Origin: the human T2T-CHM13v2.0 reference genome, Homo sapiens
Reading direction: 5' to 3' (one strand)
DNA: 64,000 bases
Assembly (NCBI RefSeq): GCF_009914755.1
Contig: NC_060938.1
A program made the position numbers and the translations under genes. The notes under the pieces were generated by a model. The model ran no database searches. It was not told the DNA's origin and worked only from the letters and a program-made list of their open reading frames with translations. Below, one piece after another: positions 13,073 through 25,759 of the stretch (positions are counted from its first letter, which is position 1; each line of letters starts with the position of its first letter).

Positions 13073-14329
13073 GTCCAAGTTCAAAAAAAGATATGGCATG
13101 CTGAAATTTGTAAAAACCATTAAATATAAGAAATATCAAAATGTTGAAAGAAGATTGCAAAATATAAATGTATTGTGATATTACAAGGCAAAATCATTTC
13201 ACTCATTTAGATATACGTGGTAATTTTAGGTTTGTAAGTTACTATTTGTGACAGTTCTAAAATAATAAAATTTTATCCTTTCTGGATAAAATTTACGTAC
13301 ACTTCTTATCTATATGTTCTTTTTGTCTGGGGAACCTGACTTATATATTATGTGTATGTGTGCATACACACATACACATATATAGAGAGAAAAAGCTGGG
13401 TATATAAAAATTTATACATATAAAAAGTTATACTCACTTATTTTCTGTTTTGCAGTGGCTATTATAGAAAAATCAACTACCCTTTATTTGATTTGGTACA
13501 GTTTAAAATTTTGGATACTTTTGGACTAATGTTTAAAATTTTTATCATTATTCACATTTCATACTAAAATTTTTCTTCCAAATCTACCTTTAATTCACCA
13601 GAAACTCTGGAAATTTAGCTATGAGTTTATTTCCTAAGGCTTAATGCTTACATTTATATGATGAATTTAATCTTCTGAAGTACAATCAAAAGCCAGTTTT
13701 TATTCAATGTGCATATCTGAAGTAAAAACATCTATAGAGAATTATATTTTGATATTCTAGAAAGAGGCATTAAGGGGAGGCTATTCACAGCAGGCTTATC
13801 TTCAAAAGCAATTGGGAAGAGGTCTTAAAAATGGATAAGCATTGAAGGTATCCTGTCTTCAATGGCAACAGTTGTTGAAAATTTATTTTAGCTGTATGTT
13901 GCTCTAAATTTATTCCATAGTGACAGAAATTAAATGAAATTTTTTTTTAGTAAGACTACAGAGAAGCAAGATATATTTTTAATAGAAGCATTAGAAATCA
14001 GTTTGAAGTTTAGGTTGTAATATCAATTTATATTGGCTAACATTAAAATGCTTAGGTAAGTGTTTATTTTTTCTTTCCTACAGAGATATTTATATGTAAA
14101 TTATATTTTTCATTGTTTTTATTATGTAAAATCTTTTCTGATATAGAATGCTTATATCTTAGAAATCACTAGTACTTTGCTCATCTTGCCTACACAGTCC
14201 TACAGCTGTTGCCTTCCACATCTCAATCCCTGCCTGAACCTTTCTCCCAAGAAAGATGTCCTAAAATCAACTTTTATCTTAAATAATATGCTAATGTGTT
14301 CTCCAGAAAACTTAAATTATTAAAGAATG

Positions 14330-14485
14330 AGAAGGAGTGCTTGTTGTGGGTGGATGCCAACATTTGAAATAGGATGGTCAGGGAAACACACACTGAAGAA
14401 GATATTTGAGCAAAGGCTTGAAGAGGAGAGGGTACAAACCATGTAAACATCCAGAGGAAATATCTTCCAGGCAGAAGAACCACAA
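14330..14485 (-). mobile_element. L2 fragment
   Basis: 'ggtcagggaaac...ctgaagaagatatttgagcaaaggcttgaag...ttccaggcagaagaac' is a typical antisense L2. Confidence 0.7.
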
Positions 14486-14524
14486 TTAAAAAAAAATGTT
14501 GAAGTTCTTTATATACTGTTTTTC

Positions 14525-14929
14525 TGTGCCTTAGTTTGAATTTCTTCACTCCCACTCCAAACAGATCTGAGGAAAATATTTGGATGGAGATAATTTATTT
14601 GGAAGTAATCCCAGAGAGGATTTGGGAGTGGGGCAACAATAAGGGTTTGGACTCAAGATACCACTGTGGGCAACTGGGAATCCTCTGAGGAACTGGGTAC
14701 AATGTATCTCAGTATTGTCCCACTGAAGAGTGAGAAAGCTTAAATATGTATTCATCCAATCTCATTTAATTGCTAACATTTTTGAATTTTTTTCTTATGA
14801 CCTTGAGAAATTTCTCAGGCAGAGAGGCTGAGAGAGTAGTGCTTGAGCATATATGAAGTGTCTACAGAGGATTAACACAAATTTTCAGGCCACAAGGATA
14901 TATGGTGGGCTTGAACAGTATCCCTTACA
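14525..14929 (-). mobile_element. Old MLT1 (I/J-like) solo LTR
   Basis: Ends 'tgtgccttagtttg...' and '...aacagtatcccttaca'; internal 'taatttatttggaagtaatcccag'. Confidence 0.65.
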
Positions 14930-14942
14930 GTCTTTCACTATT

Positions 14943-15272
14943 TGTCTTAGTTCATTTTGTGCTACTATAACAGAATACTGGAGACTGGGTAATTATAAAT
15001 AATAGACGTTTATTTCCTTTCGGTTCTGGAGTCTGGAAATTTCAAGATTGAGGGGCAAAGCACTTGTGAACAGGCCTTCTTACTTACTGCCTCATAATGT
15101 GGCAAAAGGCATCAAATGCCAGAGGGTAAACAGAGGAAAAGATGGAGACAGAAAAAAAAGGCAGACAACTCCCCTTTTATAGCAAACCCAATTCCATGAT
15201 CATGGCATTAATCCATTCATAAGGGCAGATATCTCCTGGCCTAATCATCTCTTAACTTTAATAGTCCCAGCT
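14943..15272 (-). mobile_element. MST (C/D-like) LTR, truncated at the right by ERV sequence
   Basis: 'tgtcttagttcattttgtgctactataacagaatac...gactgggtaatt' and 'ggcattaatccattcataagggcaga'. Confidence 0.8.
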
Positions 15273-15299
15273 CTTCGGATCTTACCATGTTGCCTAGGC

Positions 15300-16119
15300 T
15301 GGGATGATTTTCTTTTGTAATAGTGTTTGACCTCGATATTTGCTAGAATCAGAGAAAAAAATGGCCTAAGATAGGGACCCTAAACTATTCTACTCTTCTC
15401 CAATTAGAATTGTTCTGTAAAAGATAAAAGAAATGGGCCAAGATCCCTATGTACAATTTTTTATAAAAAAAATAAGAATTATTGTACCAAAATACCTTAT
15501 ACAAAAATAATAATTTACAAAAGAGATGTAAATTTGTATGGTTCAAAGAGGGAATCCACAGAGAAAAGTTGTCTTTTTAGAATGCGAATCAGATGATGAT
15601 ATTATCTTTCCTCTTTTGCTGTCTCCTACAGTGCCTCCATGGTATGCCAGTGGTGCTATTAAAAGTGATCCGGAAGGACACAATGATTATCCTGAAGGCA
15701 GTGGCTCAGTTTTGTACCTCCCTACCCCCAACTGCTTACCTACCAGTTAGGCAGAAATTGTATGCCTTCCACATACCTCCACACATGCACAGGGTACCCA
15801 ATTCGGCCTGGGGAATGCTCCTTAACAGACAGGGTAATTCTTGCTAAGACAAGTTCCTACAGATCTTGATTATCAGTGGTGGCCCACTGAATTCTTAGAT
15901 GTTCATTCCCCCTTTTCAACTTTTAATATATATAATTGGAAAAATAACATGCCTGCCTACCTGGATGATTACAAAATGATGGAAATTTTATTTACATCCA
16001 TCCTTGCTATTCATACACCATGTAGTTTGACATTCAGGCTCTCAGAAATACCTTCCTCACTCCAGAGGAATGTAGAATGGTTCTAGAAAACTCAACAGGG
16101 AGCCAAAAGGCTATAAGAA

Positions 16120-16155
<36 letters not shown>

Positions 16156-16871
16156 CGAGCTAGGACACTAGCTGTGCAAGCCATACCCAGGACTGAGCCA
16201 GACTGGGACCCCAATGACCCCAGAGACCAGATAAAGTTAAATTATTACAAGGAGTGTTCAGTAACTTGGATTGCGAAGGGGATCCCAAAGCTAAAAAGCC
16301 TGAACTCTTGAGAGAATCTTTGAAGCTTACAGGCAATATGCTGATACAGACTCAGAACACCCAGATAACATGAGACTTGTTAATATGACTTTCATCAATC
16401 AGAGTGCCCCGGATATAAGAAGATAAAGAGACAAAGAGTAGAAGAGGGATTGGGAATGTTGATGTCTCAATGACTATGACTGAGATTGCCTTTAAAGTGT
16501 TTAGTAACAGTGATCAAGCCCAGGAAGAGCCAAAATAATGTGACATTAGACAACAGGGTGCTCTGAATGCCACTGCTCTCATATACAATCAGATCACAGG
16601 AAAGCATATTCTGGAGGAAAAAAAAATCTTTGGATAAGACCCCCCACACCCCACCATTTGGCCAAAGGACTCTTTGCCCTTGGGGCCACCGCAGTATACA
16701 AATTGTAAGCAATAAGGCCATTGGAAACAAGAGTGTCCTAACCATTCCTGGTGGGTGAAGAAAGAAACTCCCCTCAAATCAACCCATGAGATGCCGTAGC
16801 TTACTGATATCAACGAGGGATGACAGACATGGGGGCTCTCTAGACTGCATTAGCTTTAAGAACATTTCCCA
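15300..16871 (+). pseudogene. Decayed gag of a class I (gammaretrovirus-like) ERV: CA, partial MHR, NC zinc knuckle
   Basis: PFSTFNIYNWKNNMP (MLV p30 PFSSSDLYNWKNNNP); DWDPND; ERIFEAYRQYADTD...NMTFINQSAPDIRR at about 16310-16423; QYTNCKQ*GHWKQECP at about 16692-16739; stops and frameshifts. Confidence 0.88.
16122..16150. repeat. (CA)n microsatellite inside gag
   Basis: Seen directly. Confidence 0.95.
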
Positions 16872-17392
16872 TGTAAAAGGAAATTAAATTTTGGGACCCC
16901 AAACTCATTTAGCCAAAGAGAAAAGTCCGGTTGGGAACTGGATCACGCAAACCTGCCTCCCCCTTTTGATTCCTAAATAGCATGGCTACAAGATAAAAAG
17001 CTACCTGCCTCCCCCGTATTTTGCCCACAAGGAAATTCCTGCTGAGTTGTTAAAACTTCACCATGGCCAATGCAAATTGATATCTTATCTTTACAGGTGC
17101 AATCACCCCAGCCAGCCAGCCAGACACACATGTATAACTGATTGTTCTCCTACCCCATTTTGTCTGTGTTATCTTATGTAAAATGAAGATTCCCCACATT
17201 TTTCCTCTACCCCTTTTGTTTATGTAAAAACTGTATGCTTTTCAATATCCCACCCTTTCCCCTTTAAATTTGGAGCCCTCAAAGTCATCTTCAGAGAAAG
17301 GAATAGACCTGTCTTCCGGGCACATCCTTAACTTTGGCAAATAAATCTCCTAAGGTGATTGAGACTTGTCTCATTAGTTTCCTCAACTGAGA
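16872..17392 (+). mobile_element. MER4-family 5' LTR (ERV1)
   Basis: 'tgtaaaaggaaattaaattttgggaccccaaactc...gcaaacctgcctccc'; AATAAA at about 17340; followed by a PBS. Confidence 0.85.
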
Positions 17393-20300
17393 TCTGGTAA
17401 CCATGGAGGGATCCTGAGTAAAAGTGACCCGGCCTGCAGCAGTTCACCTCTTGCTGCTTGGTACTCAAACAAACAAACAAACAAACAAACCCACAAGGTT
17501 TTAGGAGAGAAAAACAAAAACATAAAGGCCTTTTTTTGAGAACCTTACAGCCCAAACGAACAGGAAAATTTGCCGAAGTCTGGGACCTCTTTCCTCTAGG
17601 GATCCCTGATCTTCCAACGTTTTTTAGTTGGGGGTCTGAGGTTTATCTGCTGTAAAACAAAACAAAACAAAAAAACAAAAAAAAACACCACTACTTTTTG
17701 TGGGAGTTTTGCCACTCGCTTCCATCAAGGAAGGTGAGTTCATCTGCTTCTGCATTGGCAGAGAGTGGTCTCCAGCTTGGTCCCCATCACTAGATAAAAA
17801 AACTGATTTGGGATTGTGTCTTGCAAATTCTCTTAAATGACTAAAATTAGCATTAAAATCAGCTGATGTTAATTTGTGCTTACACTTAGAGCACTCAGAA
17901 ATAGGGTAATTTGTTTGATCACTGTTAGTTTTGCTTAACTGTTTTGTTGTTATTTTTTTCTGTCTTGGTTAAATCCAAAGGGGAAACCTAAATTACGGTG
18001 AACAATGCCTCTGAAGTGGGAGGGAAAGGCCAGGAAGAGGAAAAGAAAATAAAAGAAATTATTTTTAATGTTAACTACTAAAGGGGCTTTATTTACGTAA
18101 CAAGGCCAACTGTTTGCCTGCCAGAACAAACTGAAAGAGCAATGGCTGTATGTCTGAAATAGCAGCATTTTGTCCTAGCTGAAATATGGTAATAAGAAAA
18201 AAATTTTTTAAAGGAGTTCAGTGGTTAAAAGTCAGTTTAATTAAAAGGCCTTTATGTTTTTGTTTGTTTTTCTCTACTAAAACCTTGCGGGTTTTGTGTG
18301 TTTTTTTGTTTTGTTTTGTTTTTTTGAGCAAAGGTTTTGTTTTGTTTTGTTTTTTCTTCTTAGTTGACCGAATTCTGTTTTCGCCTGATTTTTTGACTAA
18401 AATAGTTATTGCAGCAGAGGCTGCTCTTGGGTTTTTTAAGGAAGAGTAGTTTAATTTTATGTTTAATTTGGCTCAAAGGAAAATAAAAGCATCTCCCTCT
18501 AGCACCGCCACTTTTTCTCTCTGATTTTCACCTGAGTTATTTTCTTTGATGTGCAGATCTAAGGCTATTTAGCTGTCCTCTGCTTAGGTTTGTCAAACAG
18601 GTTATCAAGACTCTGAAAGTCTAAGATAGGAAAAGAAAGGAGGGGGGGTTCTTTATAAATCTATAAAATGTACTTCCATCGGCATGTCTAATATGACTTT
18701 ATATGCATTTATGTGTTGTGTACAAAATATTTCACTATTAAAATATATAAAAGAGCTTTAATTCATTGGCTTAAAGAAAAACAAAAGTGCTTAAATCAGA
18801 TACTTAAAAAAAGACTAGTGAAATGCTTTTTCAAGTTTATGTAACTTAAGTAAAATCTTCAATAAATAAGCTAGCTTTAAAATTATTGGTAAGGTAATAT
18901 TAGAAAGTCTTAATAATTGCCAGCATGCATTTTTGTTTGTGTTTATTAATCAAGCAATTTCATACTTATCCCTGCCAAATACTATATGGTGTCAAAATTT
19001 GGCATAGGGTTTACAAAATTATAAACCCAGCCCAAAACAGAGTGATCTTTTTTGTGTAATTTTTAATAAATAAAACATTAATATGGATTTGATGAAAATA
19101 GCTGCATCTTGAACTTAGGTCAAATTTTTTTTCACTGTCTCAGTTATAGTTTTGCAATGCCAGTTTTATAACTTTAAATCATGACTATCACAGTTTTCAT
19201 AAATAATCCAGGTAAACAATTAAAATAAAATAATTATGCAAATGTAATGGGATAAATACTTGTAGACAAACTGGTCATAATTTAGAATATGAAGTATGTT
19301 AGTCAAATAATAGATATTTCATTATTTTGGTATTTTTTCAAAAAATATATATTGTAGGGAAACATTCTTGCTAAAAAATAAAAGGTGAACAAGTTCTAAT
19401 TCAAAACTTGTTTAAAGGTTATGTGTAAAACAAAGTAAAAGGAACCAGAAAAAAAAGATGTAAAGAAAGTTATAAAAATAAAGAAGTTTTTTTTTTGTTT
19501 GAGGTAAAAAAGCTTAAAGAGAAATTTATATTTTAAAAAATCTTGTATGGTAAATTTAGTTCTAAGATAAAATAACTTTGTTTTAAAAAAACAGGGATGT
19601 TCAGAACAAATCAGAAAGTCCAACTATGTCATGAACAGTCAATATAAGTCTCAATAAGAGGATGTGTGTATATATATATATGTATATGTATATATATATA
19701 AAAATAAACGAAATTTTTTATATAATCAAGTTGCCATATTACTATTAAGTTTCGGTTTGCTTAGGAAAATAAAACTGAGATAATTTTTTATATTAAGGTT
19801 ATTACATCCATGTGTCTTCCTAGATATGAAAGCCCTTGTAACATTGGGTTACAGGGCTTTTAACTCCTGAGTCTAAAAAAGGACATCAAATCCGCTAAAT
19901 CTTAAACACTGACAGCAATTAAAGACTCATCTTCAGGCCCCATAGAAGATGCCAATCAAAATAAACTGTATTCCTGAGACACAAGGCAAGAAATTGAAAC
20001 TATTCAACACACAAGGTCCAGAGTCTATCGTGGAAGAGGTGGAGGCATAATATTGTAAGGGCTGATTTTGAAAAATGAAATAAGTTCAGTTTCTCTAGAA
20101 ATTAATCATTAATGTCAAAGGCACACTGATGCAAAACCAGTATGTGGACCCCTATGTCAGAATAACAAGGTTTTCTTGAAGCATTAACCAATTCCTTAAT
20201 AAAGGTTATAAAAGGCTTACAGAAGTTATATTTTATAATTAAGATTAAAATTTATACATTGTTTACAAAATTCTGAAAAAACAAGTGTAATTGGCTTTAT

Positions 20301-20694
20301 CCTGTTTTTATTAGAGCTTCTTGTTTAGAAAATTAAGTCAGAAACCCTGCACAGGGTCTGTGTACACAAAATAGGAGGCTAGTTTTTCCAAGGGCTGACC
20401 TGTGCTAAATAAAGAATGTCACTTTCTCACAGGCACAAAAGCCCCAGGTTTATCTTAGAACCTCAAGAGGAAAGGAAATTCACCCAACTCATAGGTATTT
20501 GATGGCACAAACCCATGGCTGGGCTCAGCTTTAAAGAAGTCTTATCTGAGATCCCTCCCATGGAACAAAGTTCCACTAAAGCCTATTTAAAAGTCTATGT
20601 AAAAAATAATTATTCTTGCTACACTGTATACAACAATTAGGCCAATTATAATAAAGACAACCAGTCCTACCATGATTTGTCTTTAGTAAAAATG
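17393..20694 (+). mobile_element. MER4-int non-coding internal sequence, 3'-truncated (no 3' LTR)
   Basis: Typical motifs 'gctagctttaaaattattggtaag', 'gaagatgccaatcaaaataaactg', 'ggaaattcacccaactcataggtatttgatgg'. Confidence 0.85.
17395..17412 (+). promoter_or_regulatory. Retroviral primer-binding site, tRNA-Arg(TCG) type
   Basis: tggtaaccatggagggat matches the complement of the tRNA-Arg(TCG) 3' end (TGGTAACCACGGAGGGAT, recalled) except one CpG-type change; 2 nt after the LTR end. Confidence 0.75.
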
Positions 20695-21356
20695 CTATAT
20701 AGCTGAGGTTGACAATTTGCCAACATTGGTTATAATCAGCAGGCTGGAACCAGAAATTCTCAGTACGACATGAGCTTGGGTGTCCTTGGTAAAACTGTGT
20801 GGATTTATCTAGCAAAGTTCCCCAAGGAAAGGTAATATTCAGAGGTTTGGGAATCTTGGTTAATGATGGAATTAGTTGTGGGTGAATGTTTGGTAAGTCT
20901 GTTGGTTAGGATCTACAGCAAGAGTCACATTACAAACTGTACTGGGAAGAGCACCTACATTCATTCCATTTTTTCTTTTGACTGTAACACAAATAGGGGC
21001 TATTCCCATTAAAGTGATATTACAAAAGTGGGTTTGAAAATGAGAGTTTCCTTGCAGATATCAGGGAAATATTGCTTTTCTTTTGCAAGAAGCCCTGAAT
21101 ATCCTTTTCAGATTGTGGTCCCATTGATTAAAAAAATATGTAATTCCACCTCTATGCTTGTCCTACCTTGGGGCAAGGCTATATAAGCTATCCTTGGTGT
21201 TTTAACAGAAGAGCTAATATATAATCAGCAATTGGTGGAGTAAGCGGATCCTGTGCTTTGGAGCAATTGCTGAGCTTTTTCCAGTAACAGAAAATCAGGA
21301 TGGTGGTGTGCTACTAATAAAGGGGTGAGAATGAGAACCAGCAGGAGCAGGTCCGT
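20693..21356 (-). pseudogene. HERV-FRD-like env remnant (syncytin-2 paralog): signal peptide and N-terminal part of SU
   Basis: Minus strand reads (ACG)DLLLLVLILTPLLVAHHHPDFLLLEKAQQLLQSTGSAYSTNC*, then MGIAPICVTVKRKNGMNVGALPSTVCNVT, then LLDKSTQFYQGHPSSCRTENFWFQPADYNQCWQIVNLS, collinear with syncytin-2 SU as I recall it; start codon lost, several stops and frameshifts. Confidence 0.9.
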
Positions 21357-21929
21357 GGCAACCTAAGGTGATTATGAAAAGAGAAACTGGTCACAAAGTA
21401 AGCTGCCTCTGGAACTTCTGATGGTGTACAAGTTAGGGTTAAAATAGTGATAACAATCAGAGCAATTGTGAGTAAAATTTCAAATACTAGGACCACTTTA
21501 CATTGAAGTAAAAAGATGTTAAGGGAGCATTACTTATCTTTTCATTTATAAAGGATTCCAGATTGTCCAGTGCCTCACAAGTGTATTATGGAGCTGAAGG
21601 TGCTGATTCTGACGCTGGTGTTTCAGGGCCTTTCCATGGCCTTATCCCAGTGTGATGTATCTAGTTGGAAATCTCTAGTACTTAATGTCTATGAAGGTAC
21701 ATGATGGAACAGTGAAGGGGTCTTTCCAGACTGGAGTTAGTTGGGAATTTCGGGTTCCATCCTTCCAAGCTTTATAAAAACTAATGAGCCTGGAGGATAT
21801 ACATGTGGGGATTTTTCCCCTTTGGATTTTGGGTTTGTTTGTAACCCATTGGGATTACTTGGGAGCCTATTGGAAGTTTACTAAATAAGGGACATACTGG
21901 GTAATACTGGCAGTTTCTTCATTTAGTAA
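21357..21929 (-). mobile_element. FRD-like provirus: integrase C-terminus and pol-env spacer
   Basis: Degenerate QLTPVWKDPFTV (GPY/F motif); continues the integrase at 24907 across the THE1D insertion. Confidence 0.75.
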
Positions 21930-22805
21930 TAATATGGTTTGGATTTGTATCCCCACCCAAATCTCATGTTGAATTGGAGGAGGGGCCTTATGGAAGGTGA
22001 TTAGATCATGGTAGTGGATTTCCACCTTGCTGTTCATATGAGAGTAAGTGAGTTCTCACAAGATCTGATGCTTTAAAAGTGTGTGACACTTTTCCCTTCA
22101 CCCTTTCTCAAGCACCATGTGAAGTGCTTGATTTTTCTCTTTCATTTTCTGTAATGAATGCAAGTTTCCTGAGGCCTCCAAGTCACGCTTCTTGTTAAGC
22201 CTGCAGAACTTTGAATCAACTAAATATCTTTTTTATCACAAATTACCAAGTCTTGAGTAGTTCTTTATAGCAGTGCAAGAATGGGCTAATACAGAAAATT
22301 AGTACCAGAAGGGGGCTACTGCTATAAAGATACCTAAAAATGTGGAAGCGATTTTGGAACTGAGTAATGGGCAGAGGTTGAAACAGTTTGGAGGGATTAA
22401 AAGAAGACAGGAAACTATGAGGAAATTTGGAACTTCTGAGGGACCCATTGAATGGTTTTAACCAAAATGTTGATAGTGATATGGACAATGAAGTCCAAGC
22501 TAAGATGGTCTCACATGGAGATGAGAAACTTATTGGGAACTGGAATAAAGGTCACTCTTGCTATGCTTTAGCAAAGAGACTAGCAGCATTTTGCCCTTGC
22601 CCTAGAGATCTGTGGAACATTGAACTTGAGAGATAGTATTTATGGTACCTCGTGGAAGAAATTTCTAAGCAGTAAAACATTCAAAATGTAACCTGGCTGT
22701 TTCAAAACATGTACACTCACATGCATGAACAAAGAGATAACCTGAAACTGGAATTTATATTTAAAAGCGTAGCAAAGCATAAAAGTTTGGAAAATTTGCA
22801 GCCTA

Positions 22806-23409
<604 letters not shown>

Positions 23410-24669
23410 TTATGAACAAAAGTGAGCTGTGTAGAAAAGAAAAACCCATTTTCTAGGGAAAAAATCAAGCCAGCTGCAGAAATTTGCATAAGGAAAAAGA
23501 AGCTGAATGTTAATAGCCAAGACAATATAGAAAATGTCTCCAGAGCATGTTGGAGACTTTTGTGGCAGTCCCTCCCATCACAGGCCTGGAGGCCTAGGAT
23601 TCCTGGTCTGGGCCCAGGGCCCCACTGCTCTGTGCAGCCTCAGGATATGGCAAACTGTATCCTAGCCACTCCAGCTCTAGCCACGGCTAAAAGGGGCCAA
23701 GGAACAGGTTGGGATGTTGCTTCAGAGGGTGCAAGCCCCATGCCTTGATGGCTTCCATGTGGTGTTAAACCTGCAGGACTGCAGATGGCAAGAGTTGAGG
23801 CTTGGAAGCCTCTGCCTAGATTTCAGAGGATGTATGGAAATGCCTGAATTTCCAGGCAGAAGTCTGCTGTGGGGGCAGATCCCTCATCAAAAACCTCTAC
23901 TGGGGCAGTGCAGAGGGGAAATGGGCTGTTGGAGCCCCCACACAGAGTCCCCATTGGGGCACTGCCTAGTGGCGCTGTGAAAAGAGGCCCACTGTCCTCC
24001 AGACCTCAGAATGGTAGATTCACCAACAGCTTGCACAGTGCTCCTGGAAAAGCCTCAAGCACTCAGTGCCAACCCATGAAACACCTGCAAGGGCTGTACT
24101 CTGCAGAGCCACAGGGGTGGAGCTGCCCAAGGCCTTGGGACCCCAGATCTTACATCCTCATGCCCTGGATGTAAGACATGAAATCAAAGGAGATTGTTTG
24201 GGAGCTTTAAGATTTAATTAGTGCCCTGCTGGGTTTCAGACTTGCATGGGGTCTGTTGCCCCTTTGTTTTGACCAATTTCTCCCTTTTGGAATGGGAGCA
24301 TTTACCTAATGTCTGTAACCCTTTGTATCTTGGAGAAACTAACTTGTTTTTGATTTTACAGGCTCATAAGTGGAAGGGACTTACCTTTTTCCAGATGAGA
24401 CTTTGGACTGTGGGCTTTTTAGTTAAGGACTGGGGGACTGTTAGAAAGGGACAATTGCATTTTGCAATGTGAGAAGGACATCAGATTTGAGAGGGGCCAG
24501 AGGCAGAATAATATGGCTTGGATTTGTGTCCCCACCCAAATCTCATGTTGAATTGGAGGAGGGGGATCTGGTGGAAGGCAATTGGATCATGAGGGAAGAT
24601 ATCCCCCTTGCTGTTCTCATGATAATAAGTGAGTTCTCAAGAGATCTATGATTTACAAGTGTGTGGTAT

Positions 24670-24723
<54 letters not shown>

Positions 24724-24906
24724 GCTGCCATGTAAAGAAAATGACTGCTTCCCCTTCACCTTCTGCCATGATTGTAAGTTTCCTGAGACCTCTCAGTGAT
24801 GCTTCCTGTTAAGCCTGTATAACTATGAATCAAATAAACCTCTTTTCTTCATAAATTACACAGTCTTAGGTAGTCCTTTATATCAGTGCAAGAATAGACT
24901 AATACA

Positions 24907-25750
24907 AGTAGTAAGTCCAACTTTAGAAATGCCTTGCTATATAGGGCCTTGAAGGGGCTTAATTGCAAGGGAGCCTTAGGGGCAATATGGATGTGAGGGA
25001 GATCCACCCATGGCTATGCTGTTTCCTAACAGAGTTTATTAAGGGTGCATTTGAGGTTTGGTGAGTTCTTTCCATTTTTCCTGAAGATGGTGTCTCGAGG
25101 AAGAGTGAAGGTACTACTTTATACCTAGAGCACTATTAACCTATTGAGTTACTTGGGAAATGAAGGGTGGACCATTGTCATTCTGCAATGACCTGGGGAA
25201 CCCAAAGAAGGGAATAAGTTCCTTTAGGAGGCATTTAGTTACCTCCTGTGTCTTTTCAGCCCTTGTGGGGTGGGCTGCTACCCATTCTGTGAAGGTATAT
25301 ACACAGACAAAGAAGTACTTAAACCTGCAGCATTCAGGGAGCTGGGTAAAGTTCATCTGCCAGGTCTCCTAAGCTTTTGTATCTGTCCTTTGAATTGGAC
25401 TTATTAGTGAGAGGGGTTCCCTCTCTGGGGATTATTTATGGTTCATAACATGTAGGCTTGACAAATCTGTTGAATGGTTTTGTTCAGTCACTTCCCACTG
25501 AATACCCATTTACAAATTTGTCCTGGACTCTTCTTTCCAAGATGGTAGTAGTCTTGTAACTCCTGATGACTTTCTGTTGGGAGACTTTAAGGTAGATGGA
25601 GGAGTTCTCCTAAATTGCACCAATCATTGATTTTTTTTCTTTACACCCATGTTGGGTGCCCCAGTCTATTTCTTCTTTGGTGTATATGAAAAGGGGCAGT
25701 TCACTGGGGAGAGAAATAATGGCAGTTACCTAGGAGGGAATTCTGAGGGC
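24907..25750 (-). pseudogene. FRD-like provirus pol remnant: integrase zinc-finger region and core
   Basis: ORF 25141-25356 MNFTQLP...FKY...YTFTEWV...KELIPFFGFPRSLQNDNGPPFISQVTQ; further on SPFKALY. Confidence 0.9.
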
Positions 25751-25759
25751 AACCTGGAG

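Noticed and set aside
12815-13123. Four overlapping Tyr/Ile-rich ORFs
   Set aside because: Translation artefacts of the (TA/CA) microsatellite
13268-13294. 11-bp inverted repeat aaattttatcc/ggataaaattt
   Set aside because: Short and AT-rich
20693-21356. Possibility that this is ERVFRD-1 itself
   Set aside because: Start lost, several stops and frameshifts, TM and LTRs missing; the real gene has an intact full-length ORF
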